Origin: Diplonema japonicum | Lineage: Eukaryota > Protista > Euglenozoa: Diplonemea | Assembly (NCBI GenBank): GCA_964019335.1 | Contig: OZ025754.1 | Coordinates: forward strand, 62,001-126,000 | Direction of reading: 5' to 3' | DNA length: 64,000 bases | Part shown: one piece after another, positions 22,878 through 33,622 of the stretch | How positions within the stretch are numbered: position 1 is the stretch's first letter | Layout: each line of letters opens with the position of its first letter | The notes under the pieces: generated by a model | Told to the model about the DNA's origin: nothing | Seen by the model: the letters and a program-made list of their open reading frames with translations, nothing else | Database searches by the model: none | Position numbers and translations under genes: made by a program

Positions 22878-24090
22878 CAAATGAGCCATAATTAAACAAG
22901 CCTCTTTTTTTTTGTTGGTTTGTGAAAAAAAAAAAAGTCCTTAGTTGCCTCTAAAGTCTCTGGCTTTTAGCCAACTTCTTTTCTGTGCTAACGAAATGTT
23001 GCTTCCTGTTATTTCTGCTGAAGGATGCATGGCTGCGGGTTTTGGTGGATATAAGAAAAAAAAAAAAAAAAAAAAAAAACACACCAATCCCCACACATTT
23101 GTTTCAACTGAAAGGAAAAAGTACCGAGTAGCTTTAGATTTTTTTTCTTTTTTTTCCTTTTTTTTTTATTTTATTTTTTTTTTTACCTTTTGCTTCATTA
23201 TTTCTTGGCAACAAAAAAAAAAACTGTAAAACTTCTCCACCGTAACAGAAATTTAAAAAAAAAAAAAACAGTATCCTTTTTTTCTTTCCACCACCCCCCC
23301 CCCCCCCCCCCCCCCCCCCTCCCGATGACTCATATTTCTCCGGTACTTTTGGTGTACGATTAGATTTCGCGAAGAAAAAAAAGGGGGGGGGGAGAGTGAC
23401 GCGATCAATATGCAGGTTAGTCATAATTTCTGTTCCCTGTGTGCAACATTTTCTTTTTTTCTCTCTTTTTTTTTCCTCCTCGAAGTAAATGCACTGCTAC
23501 AGTCGGTCCCAAGTGACCATGGGGGAGGGGGGGGGGGGGGGGGGGGGGGCATCTTTCTACCACCTTTACCTAAGCCAAAAATGCGATCTCATGGAACCCC
23601 TATTTTTCTTTTTTTGAGAGGGACATGTTTGTGCCTGGGTGACAGTGGCTCTGCCGGCCAAGGTTTCCCTTATTCTTGTCTCTCCTTTGAGCACTTCTCG
23701 CCCTGACACAGACTTTCCCTCAAATGACTTAAGGGAGATGTCGTTACGCATCTAGACCCGCCAAAGGTCTTGCGTGCCCCTATAAAAAAAAATAAAATTA
23801 AAAAAAATAAAAAAAAAAAGAAACCACACACCAATATAAAAAATAAGAAAGGAATAATTTAAAAGTATAAAAAAAAAACTACTTCTTATAAAAAAATAGC
23901 GTTTTTTTTTTTTAGCGGGGGGGAGAGGGGGGAAGTGCACTGTATGCCTTTTTTTTTTCCCAGAGAGGGAGGGGATTGGTGCTGAACAATACTTTCTTTT
24001 TCCCCCTTTCATCCCCCACCCGCGTCCACCTGATTTTCGCATTTTTTTTTTTAACACGTCAAAAAAGCGGGATAACAGAGTGCGGGCATC

Positions 24091-24124
<34 letters not shown>

Positions 24125-24144
24125 GTCCTCACCCCGGCTCGATC

Positions 24145-25110
24145 TCACAAAACAATTGTCTTTTCCACTTTATGCGCCCTGTGTTTCTTAGAGTCTATTT
24201 TGGCCTCGTCCGGTGTGCTCACATCGTTGCTGTCGAATTCTACTGTGTACCACCAGTTCATCTTGGCCGGGTGGTCTATCTTGTTCGACATATTTCGCTT
24301 GTATGATTCATGCCAGCCATGACGAGGCGTAAAGACAAGAGATGAGTCAAGAGTTTTCTTACAGACGATGTTTAGCCAGAGAAGCATCTGCGCGAGATTG
24401 GCTGCAGATAGAGGCTTTCTGAAAAGACATTGCATTCCGGCGTCTCTGCATAAATTTTCGAGGTCTGAAGTTACATCAGCAGCCATTCCGAAAATTGGAA
24501 TCTCAAGCCTCCCTTCCATCTGCTCTTGTATCCGAATCTGCGTTGTCGCTGAGACCCCGGTCACACGAGGCATGTGAATCTCCATGATGACTGCTGAATA
24601 AGGATCTGCTTCGTTAACATCAAGAACTGCCCTCACAGCTTCATCTCCGTCCTCTGCCGTGTCAATCTCAAAAGAAACACCGATTTGCGGCTTTATCATC
24701 TCCCTCAGCATCTTCCCGATAATTTCCCTATTGTGGTACACAGGGTCCACAATGAGGATTTTGACCTTCGATCTCGCTCCTTGGCTTACGATATTTAAAA
24801 TCTCCGACATTGGGGTCCTTTCGCAACTCTCTATACTGCTGGTCGGGCTTGGGATACGCCCGTCCTTGTCGGGCTCGCTTCCTCCTTTGCACGACAGTTC
24901 TAGTGCTGGGATGCTCACGGCCTTCGTCAGTTTCGGAGTTTTCGGTAGCTTTAAACTGGCCAGCCTCTCGCTTTTCTTGGAGGTCACCTCTAACGAGAGC
25001 TCCAGATTAGTTCTCGACGATTTGGAACCAGTCCGGGACAAGGACGCGGGTGGGGAGTTGAATGAGACATTCCTCGTGCCGCTGAATCCTGTGCGGTGGA
25101 GAATGTTAAA

Positions 25111-25145
<35 letters not shown>

Positions 25146-26560
25146 ATACTAGAAGAAACAGGACTGGGAATATTTGACGAAGTTGTAGAAGTTAAAGCCT
25201 CAACCGTACTTTCCAAACTCGGGGGTTTGAATGTTCTATTTTTTTTTTTAAAAAAATTCCCCCCCCCCCTCCATCATTACCTCCTTTCGGACAATGGGAG
25301 CTTACTCACGTTTATCGTACTGCTGGGGGAGGGGCGGAGGGAGGGTTTTTTGTTCAGTTCTCTCTCGGAGAGAACAACCGGAGCGACAACTGAGACCTCT
25401 TCGATGATCTCACCGGGAGGCATCGCGTGAATTATCTGGCCCTGGTGCATATCAGTGACAGACCCAAAAGAAGAAGAGAAACTATGCTGATGCGTAAGCG
25501 TGCCTGGACTACCGATTGACGAGTAAGATTCGGGGGAAGTGAAGTCCTCAATCGACGTTAACGTTACTGCTTGGTGGATCCTCGGGGCAATGTGCTGGCC
25601 AGTAATCCAAGGATGATCTTTAATCTCTGCAGGCGTTGCCCTCAGCGTTGGGTCCTTTGTGAGCATCCTTGTGAGTAAGTTCACAATCGGCTGTGAAGTA
25701 TACCCCTCAGGGAAGACCAAAGGGTCCTCGCTTATCTTCGCCCAGAGGGAAATGGTGTTGGTGGCCCCGCCGCCGAAGGGCACGGTTCCCATTGTAACAA
25801 GGTACAGAATGACCCCCAACGCCCATATATCCTTCGCCTTCTCCGAGAATAGCGAACCAGTACCGTCGGTGGACTCGGGAGAATGGTACAGAGGTGTTCC
25901 GACCGTTTGTGAGGAACTGTCGTCACAGGTTTTTAAAATACGTGATTCGCCGAAATCGATGAGCTGAACAGTGTCTTGTTTTTTCGTGGTGTAAATTATA
26001 TTTTCGGGCTTGATGTCACGGTGAACTATGCTCATTGCGTGAATGTACTCAACGCCTTCCACGAGTTGGGTGAAGTATTTTCTTGCTTTTCCTTCGGGCC
26101 ATGGTTTTCCTTTTAAACTGCCGTCGGTTGCGCATTCGCAGAGTACACCACCTAGCCCGGCTTCAAATACTATGTAAACGCAAGCTTGTGTTGGGTCGTC
26201 AACGTATTCCAGCATTCGGACCACGTTGGGGTGATCGATTCTGCAGAGGATTTGTAATTCTCTTTGGAATTTTTTTTCTTTTCTGCTGACGGCTTTCAAA
26301 GCGTACCGGAGGTGTTCTGTTCCGAGGAGGGCGCACTTGTCTTCTGCCAGGTACACATCTCCGAAGCTGCCTTTTGCTAGCTTCTCGGTCACCTTGTAGT
26401 TGTTGACGGCACGGAGTTCTCCCAGCTTGTCCAGTGCCACTGCGGCTTTATTGTTTTTCAGCGATAGTTGCATCCTCTCGGCATCGATGTAGAATTTCGC
26501 CCTCTCGCTTTCGATTCGCTCTGCCTGCTCCTCTGCGTCGCTGCTGCACACGCAACCCAT
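24145..26560 (-). CDS. Myristoylated CAMKK/SAK1-like Ser/Thr kinase fused to a C-terminal pseudo-receiver (REC) domain (~769 aa; introns 25236-25280 and 25089-25149)
   Basis: MGCVCS N-terminus; KGSFGDV, YALK, HRDIKPEN, DFG, TVGTPLYHSPE, DIWALGV. An 86-nt bridging exon joins it in frame to KILIVDP...IMEIHMP...GMAAD...RKP. Confidence 0.82.
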
Positions 26561-26808
26561 TACCGCATCAAAAAAAAAAGAGAGAGAGGGGTGTTGTTGT
26601 TGTTGCTGTTGTTGTGTTTTAATTTTTTTTCTTCTTTTTTTTTTTTGAGAAGTAAAAAAAAAAAAAAAAAAAAAAAGCTCTCTTTTCCTGTGGATTTTTT
26701 TTTTTTTTTTTTTTTTTGTCGAGGGTCAAAAAAAAAAATAAAATTTATAAAACAAATATGGTATATGCTATACTGTAATTTTTTTTTTCTTTTTTTTTTT
26801 TTTTTCTT

Positions 26809-28242
26809 TCAGCCTGCCTCCGAGCCGTTCAGCGGGAGAGGTACAGGGACGAACCTGCTTGTGTCGTAAATAAGAGATGGGTGGGAATCAACATCGTGCA
26901 GCTTAGCTATAGTGTAGTGCTCCTTCTGGGAGGCGGCCGGGAGGTGCGACATTGCGTTTCGAACAGGCTCCCATATCCACCGGGAAACGGAACGAAACGC
27001 GATGTCAGAACAAATAGAATTCTCAGTTATTGAAAGGCCCCACAAGAACGGCCCGCTGACCACAACGGCGGTGAACATTCCGGAGGGCAAACACGACACC
27101 AGCTCCATCAGCAAACCCAGAAACAAAACCACTATGAACACCGTGGAAAAAACACGAAACGACACCCAAGGGTCTGCCCAGGTCAAGACCAAAATAGATT
27201 TTTCCAGCGCTTCATGAAAATCCTCGACCACACCCACGACTTTATCAAGCAGCTTGATACCGGATGTGAGTTTATCATATAAAGTTTGCCCTTCCGTCCG
27301 TTTGAGCCGCGGGTCATCGCTCCAAAGAATCATATTGTCGCCAGGCTTGCCTTTCTCTCCACCCCTCCCTTCCCATAGAGATAATATGAGGAATCCACTG
27401 AACCACTGCAGCAACAGGTTATACCACGATGCTGTGAGTGTGGTGAAAACAATGGCGGCCCAGATTGTGAACGAGACGCTGCTGTCTTCAAAGGTGATTA
27501 CCCGGTACCCGGTGGTCTTCTTCGCCCTTTCGTTTAATTGCGACATTCTGTCAAACATCTTTAACACCATGTTAATTTTCTCGTCTCGATCGTCTTTCCA
27601 ATCACCTCGATTCACACGAACGGCAGCGGGGTTTAAAAGTGACGTATTATAGAATGCTCTGTTTAAACCGGTTACAGTGATGCTTGCCACCAAGTACCCA
27701 ACGATACACGGGCGCGACATCGCGGAGAACGGGATTTCAGCGATGCCGGGGGAGTACTTGCTGTGGTGTTTCCCACTTGGAAACCTCCAGACGAGAAGTT
27801 TTTTTCTGTTCCAAGTTTGGTTTTTCGATTTGTGGACGTTGTGGAGGGGAATGATGACCTGACCAATTACATTTTGTACTAATATTCCCTCCGATGTGAA
27901 AGTGAAACACAGGTCGGCGTTGAGGACGTCCTTCGTGAAGAATGTGATGCTGAGGCTGCCTTTAGTAGGGCAGGCTGTTTTTTGTTTTTCCCGTTTGAAA
28001 CACTCTCCCAGACCGATGTGTGCCTTATGCGTCCCGCACCGCATCCTTAGCATCGTGTTGGCCTTCACGGCGTCGCCTCCTAACGATATTTCATGGACGA
28101 CAACTTCCACCTTGCACCGTTTTTCTTCTCGGCTCTCCGTTGTTGCAGCGTTTGGGGACTGTTCGCCTGTCAGCGTTGCGCACACATTTGTAGCCCAATA
28201 ACTGAGAACCATGCCCAGCGGATGTGCACAATGGCACAACAT
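26809..28242 (-). CDS. C2-like domain membrane protein (MCTP/PRT_C-like architecture)
   Basis: Beta-rich N-terminal half ending in VIGQVIIPLHNV, followed by hydrophobic segments and LEKSILVLTWADPWVS, which resembles the MCTP C-terminal pattern. Confidence 0.55.
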   Translation of the reverse strand: MLCHCAHPLGMVLSYWATNVCATLTGEQSPNAATTESREEKRCKVEVVVHEISLGGDAVKANTMLRMRCGTHKAHIGLGECFKREKQKTACPTKGSLSITFFTKDVLNADLCFTFTSEGILVQNVIGQVIIPLHNVHKSKNQTWNRKKLLVWRFPSGKHHSKYSPGIAEIPFSAMSRPCIVGYLVASITVTGLNRAFYNTSLLNPAAVRVNRGDWKDDRDEKINMVLKMFDRMSQLNERAKKTTGYRVITFEDSSVSFTIWAAIVFTTLTASWYNLLLQWFSGFLILSLWEGRGGEKGKPGDNMILWSDDPRLKRTEGQTLYDKLTSGIKLLDKVVGVVEDFHEALEKSILVLTWADPWVSFRVFSTVFIVVLFLGLLMELVSCLPSGMFTAVVVSGPFLWGLSITENSICSDIAFRSVSRWIWEPVRNAMSHLPAASQKEHYTIAKLHDVDSHPSLIYDTSRFVPVPLPLNGSEAG

Positions 28243-28682
28243 ATTCTTTTTTTTTTTTTGTTTCTCCCCCTCCCCCTCTTAATTATTATTATTTTTTTCC
28301 TTCCCAAAAAAAACGCAAAAAAAAAAAAAAAAAAGGGCGGGGGTAACCTGCTACAGGAGGGGAAAGAAACGAAAGTCTCCTTTTTTTTTTTTTTTTTTCT
28401 TCTTTTTTTTTTTTTTTTTTGGATGGTACTATTCTATTCAACAAGATTTTCTTTTTTTTTTTTTTTTTTTTCCTTTCTTTCTTAGCTTCTTAGTTTAGTT
28501 TTTTTAGCCGCCCCCGAAGCGATACAGAAGAAAAAAAAGAATGGCGTGTAAATAAGTAATAATGGAGAGAGAGAGAGAGAAAAGAAACAAAAGAATATGT
28601 ATGAGTTTTAAAAAAAAAGGAAGTCTTTACAAGACGCTCCCCCTTTGAAGAAAAAATATATATATATCGACAAAAAGATTAA

Positions 28683-30150
28683 CCCATAAAGGACCGCTAT
28701 TTTCGTCTAAAAAGTACCACTTATGGCCGTTCTTTGAACACAAGGTCCGAGGTGCCGCAGATATGCGACTTGTCCAATTTAAACGTATTTCTATTTTCAA
28801 GTGGTTTTCAAGAGGTTCTCAGGTGGTTTTTTAAGGTGTCGTTAATGTGAAAAAAGTCGAAACAGGGCACAGGGCACATTGCTACGTTGCAATCTTTGCA
28901 CGAGAACATGGCCTGGGTGTGTTTTTTTCTCTAATTTGTTGCACACAGTGCAATTCCGTGCCTTTTGCATCTTTTCAGGACACATTACGGTAAGGTAGCT
29001 TAGGCTCCGGCGGGGAACACTTGATGTGGGTGCCACCCTTTTGCGATGATGTTGTTTGACAAGATTTCTTTGCACACACTTGCTGACACTGAATGGGTAT
29101 TCTGGGAGCAATTTCCGGGTTTTCCTGATGGTCCCCATGCAGTGGAAATCCGCATTGTAAATCCGTATCAACAGGACAAGCGAAAGCAGTTGTCAAAGAC
29201 AATCCAGTAATTCTGGTGCTGATATTCGGTGAGCAGCTCTGCCTCTTTCCCCCGGGTGCCCGCGCCGGTACAAACAATCATGTTTAGAGTGTAACCGGTG
29301 TCTGATTTGCATTTTGAACCCATAACGCTTCCTCTTCTTCGGCTCACAAACAATGAACCCGACACGGCTTCTACAGCGTATGATGGTTCATCCACAGCAA
29401 GGTTTCGTTTGGGTACATACAGGGATGACCAAGAAGGAACCACAAGATTTATAAGATTTGCGCCCGTTAGCCATTCTGTCTCCTTCTCCTCCACCAGGGG
29501 GCAACCCAAACCGCATTTAGCGCATTATTTTTAGGAGCCTGTTTCTTTCCATTACCGTTCTGAAATATTGTGAATATGGGGTATCTGTGAGTTCATCCTG
29601 TGCCCAGTAGACCTTGATATCTGTCTTGATTATGAGCCCTGTGAGTATCCAAAGGCCTCTATACCACTCGAATGGCTTGCTGCCCACCCCACGATAGCCT
29701 TTTAGAGCCGCAGGAGTGAAAAACAACTCAAAGTACAGGACAAACTGCTGGAGGGCCGCCCTATCAAAAACAAAGGAAAAAACCTCCAGCCCATTGAGAC
29801 CCACTACTGGTTTGCGAAATATTTTCCTCCCCACCTTCTCGATTTTGTCATCCCATTCCATATCCGGGATATCCCCATCATCCGGTGACACTGACCCTTC
29901 TTCAGAAGTACTTTCGGCACTACTCCTTATGGGGTGTAAAAAAAACAATGTCTGTGCCACTATTTTTTTTCTCCCCTTGCAGTTTGGATGCAAAAATTTA
30001 CGGGCGTTACATAGCGTTCAGCATAAAAAAAAGTCGCGCAATAAGGCCCCTCTTTAAAGAGTGGGCATGCAGACTAAACACTAAAAATGCCTTAGCAGAA
30101 TTTAAAAAAAAAACTTTTTAGCTGAATATTCAGCACCGGTCCTTTATGGG
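28683..30150 (-). mobile_element. Degenerate piggyBac transposon
   Basis: Perfect 14-bp TIR CCCATAAAGGACCG flanked by TTAA on both sides. Broken transposase fragments: YFELFFT, YVPKRNLAVDE, TGYTLN, and a C-terminal CTVC...CKDCNVAMC..PCF Cys-rich domain. Confidence 0.92.
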
Positions 30151-30164
30151 TTAAAAGAAATTCA

Positions 30165-31601
30165 CTATTCAACCAACTTCATAATGCTCCCGGTGATGCA
30201 CCCTACCTGCACGCATACACCAGTGATAAGCATGCACCATGCAGAAACAGTGTCTTGAAAGGATTCACGGGGAAGAGGGAGGTCCTGCTCACATGAAAGA
30301 GACACAGCCTTCAGGTAACACCCCGCGGGTATAATAAAGGTGAGCTGCGGCGAGGTGAAAGCTCCACCTACACCAACGACAGTCGAGAGAGAGTTGCAAA
30401 CGACAGCGAGGGCAAGGACAGGGGCAAGGATGGCAAATGTGAGCGCAACATGACGAGACAGAGCGGGTTGCGGGTCCCCGGGGTAGAACACCTCCAGCAC
30501 CACCGAACGGCAAGCAAACATCACCAAAGGAAACGCAAATATCAGATTGCAGCTCATCCCAATATACATCACCGCGATAACCGGCTGCCCAATATCATAA
30601 CACGCCAAAATTGAGCTTGCTCGTGAAGACAGCCCCCTCCACAGATCGTAACCCGATCCAGCTGCAGCGGTGTACATTAGTGCAACAGACGCCATTGCCC
30701 ATCCTGTGGCTCTGAGTATTTTACCGCAGGATTTTTCGTTCCCGTCATGTATGCTAAGCTCTTTCAGCATCGGAAAAACAGATATTTGACACACAAACGA
30801 GGACGAGATAATCGACACCGCCGAGAGAAGATTCTTGAACTCGTACTTCAAAAAGTAAAAATCGTCTCCTTCAGCAGTTTCCGACAGGTCTTGACAGGTA
30901 GGGTATCGTGTATCGGACCATTTTGTATAGTATATGTCGTACAAAACGCTGGACACCACGAATGCTGATACAAAAAAAGTTCCCATTAAGGATGTGATCC
31001 ATAGGTTGCTCACCTTTCTGAGTAGTGTAAGGGGTATAATGAGGACGACCACCACCACCGCCAGATACTCGTTTGGATAAGTTAAACGGCTCGCCAACGC
31101 AGGACATTGATCACCCACACTCTTCAAAAAATATTTCAAGGGGACTAAAAATGCTGTCATTGCCACGCAACACATTCCCACTAACGAGCTTTGTACTGCT
31201 ACCCTGCCAGCACGGCCGAAACATGCTCCACCAATATGTTCTAAATTGTATAAATCACGGTTTTGTCGAGGAGATCCGATGCTGTGGAGTAGTTTAAACG
31301 AGCGCAGCATCAAACCGACAGACACATACGTCAGGACAGCGAGGAAGACGATGATTAAAGCACCGACGGCCGCTCCACAATAGTCAAACGCCGCTGCGAG
31401 GGACAGGATGCCCACGCCCATGGTGGTTTGCAAGAGATTAAACACCACACCGGGTGTGCCGACAGCCTGCCCCGAGGCCTTATGCTTCGTTGGCTCTAAC
31501 AGAACTGAAACATCTTCGATAAAAGATGACAACGACCCTTCCGTCTCAACAGACTCCCCGTCCCCATCGACACTATCTGGATTCAGGTTGATGTCAAGCA
31601 T
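30165..31601 (-). CDS. Amino-acid transporter, Aa_trans/SLC38-like (possibly the 3' exon of a fusion with the upstream methyltransferase)
   Basis: VFNLLQTTMGVGILSL, SSFVCQISVFPM, FAFPLVMFACR, FIIPA; about 11 hydrophobic segments. Confidence 0.88.
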   Translation of the reverse strand: MLDINLNPDSVDGDGESVETEGSLSSFIEDVSVLLEPTKHKASGQAVGTPGVVFNLLQTTMGVGILSLAAAFDYCGAAVGALIIVFLAVLTYVSVGLMLRSFKLLHSIGSPRQNRDLYNLEHIGGACFGRAGRVAVQSSLVGMCCVAMTAFLVPLKYFLKSVGDQCPALASRLTYPNEYLAVVVVVLIIPLTLLRKVSNLWITSLMGTFFVSAFVVSSVLYDIYYTKWSDTRYPTCQDLSETAEGDDFYFLKYEFKNLLSAVSIISSSFVCQISVFPMLKELSIHDGNEKSCGKILRATGWAMASVALMYTAAAGSGYDLWRGLSSRASSILACYDIGQPVIAVMYIGMSCNLIFAFPLVMFACRSVVLEVFYPGDPQPALSRHVALTFAILAPVLALAVVCNSLSTVVGVGGAFTSPQLTFIIPAGCYLKAVSLSCEQDLPLPRESFQDTVSAWCMLITGVCVQVGCITGSIMKLVE

Positions 31602-31672
31602 ATAAGGGAGGGTGGCCCTGGGATATAAAAATTTTGAAAAAAAAAAAAAAAAAAAAAAAAGTTTTTTTTTTT

Positions 31673-32356
31673 TTACTGCTTCCCTCGTTTTGCATGTATG
31701 ATGTAAGCATGTTCCCACTCATCCGTGCAGTATGGGTGCGGCAATTTCTTTCTCGGGAGGATTTTTGTAGTGACGTTTAAGACGGCTGCCATTCGCTTCT
31801 GGAAGGCTAGCGTGAGTGCTTCATCGCGAACATGGACACCAATATAAACCTGCGCCTTTGGGGACGTTTCGAGAATCGCACCTATGGTGTGCAGGAAGGG
31901 GAGCACATAATCTTCAATATATATAACGTCGGTGGCAATTATTACATCGTAAGTGATAGGGGAGGATTCATTGAGGGATGGGATGTCGGTTTCGTGTTGT
32001 ACCCAGTCAAGTTGGTGGACTTGTACATCGTGTATGCCTGGGCGTCCTTCGCCCTTGATGCGGCCAAGGCCTTGTGAGATGTTGCGTTTCAGAGTGGGGA
32101 GCATTTCAGCCATTTCTGTAGAGACGACCCTTGCCCCTAGGACCGCGCAGGCCAGGCTGAGGTACCCTAGCCCTGCGCCGAGCTCTATGATGTTTTTTCC
32201 GCGCACGATTTTTTTCCCCTTGTCCCCGCTCGCGAAGTACCCCGCCAGCACCACCGCTGCGTCCCATACCCTTTTTGCTCCTGTATTGTCGACTTCGTCG
32301 CTGCCGGTCAGTTGGAATTCTACTCCGTCTACCGTGAAATCTTGTGATATCGCCAT
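31673..32356 (-). CDS. METTL21/Methyltransf_16-family SAM-dependent methyltransferase
   Basis: RVWDAAVVLA, IIELGAGLG, LDW, YDVIIATDVIY motifs. Confidence 0.88.
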   Translation of the reverse strand: MAISQDFTVDGVEFQLTGSDEVDNTGAKRVWDAAVVLAGYFASGDKGKKIVRGKNIIELGAGLGYLSLACAVLGARVVSTEMAEMLPTLKRNISQGLGRIKGEGRPGIHDVQVHQLDWVQHETDIPSLNESSPITYDVIIATDVIYIEDYVLPFLHTIGAILETSPKAQVYIGVHVRDEALTLAFQKRMAAVLNVTTKILPRKKLPHPYCTDEWEHAYIIHAKRGKQ

Positions 32357-33094
32357 TATTATTTTTTTTTTGGGGGGCTGGTATTTCTTTTTTTTTTCTT
32401 CTTCTTTACAAAGAAAATTTTAAAAAAACGAAATTCTTAAGAAGAAATGTAAATAAAAAAATTCAAGAAGGGGAAGAGGAATGGGAGGGGGGGGGAATCT
32501 CCTTTTCGTTGTGTGTTTTTTTTTTCTCTCTTAAAAAACTCATACCAAAAAAAAAGGGGGATGAAAAGTGCCAATCGGGTCTACTTTTTTTTTTATTTCG
32601 ATTTGTCTTATGAGGGAGAATGGCCTTTTTTCGTTTTTTTTTTTTTTTTTTTATTGTATGGTTCCACATTTATTTTGTACGGGAGTTAAGTTCCCTTTCG
32701 TTTAAAGAGGAAAAGAAAAAAGAAAAAAAAAGAAAAGAAAAAAAACAAGAGGCGGGGTGGGGCCGTGGGAGGGCGGAGATACAATCGTAGAAAAAGAAAA
32801 TCACAATCCAAGATGCAAAAAAAAAAGGCCCCCCTTCCCACTCTTCTGATTTTAAAAAACCTGCACCTTTGGAAGAAAAAAAAAAAGAAAAACGGAAGAG
32901 TATGAAGGAACTAAAAAAAAGGACCGAAAAAAAAACCCTCCCCGGGAAAAAAAAAAAAAAAAAATGTTATTAGTTAGATCAAGTATCTGTCTCTTTTTTT
33001 TTTTTTTAAACCCACCCCCCCCCCCCCCCCCACCTCATCCGCAAAACACTTTTAAAAAAAAAAGAAAAAGAAAATGCCTCATCTCCATGGTGGG

Positions 33095-33571
33095 CTAAAG
33101 CTTAGAAACACACGACGACATTTCCAGCCAGTGAGGGTCCCACACACTCGAGCAGGCCTGTAGGGCGGGGAAAGGCTCAATGGCCACAGGAACGTGAAGC
33201 TTTGCAGTAAGGTAGTTGTCCTTGTATTCTTCCCACTTCACCTGCTGCAGGGATGTGTCAGAAATGCCTGTTCCGGGCTCACCTGAAGCGACAAAGGCTT
33301 TGATGTACGCTTGGAACTGGCTTACAAAGGCCCTCTCAAACATAGTAGGTTCCTGCACAAAAGTTGATAAAAAAAAAAAAAAAAAAAAAAAAAATACCTT
33401 TGTCGGCATGTTGGGGTTGAACCACAGATGCGAGTGCACGGCTTGGTACATGGGTACATCGCACTTATAGACAAACGTCTTCGTTGACCTGGAGAGAGCC
33501 TCTGCCACCCTTCTCACGCCGCAACCGTAGAGCTGGTCCTGGGGTTGATATAGTGGGGATGGGAAGAGAAA

Positions 33572-33622
<51 letters not shown>

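Noticed and set aside
21972-23780. Possible multi-exon gene between the repeat region and the kinase-REC gene
   Set aside because: Coding-like patches exist, but I could not build a stop-free spliced frame or recognise a domain. It may be a pseudogene or UTR.
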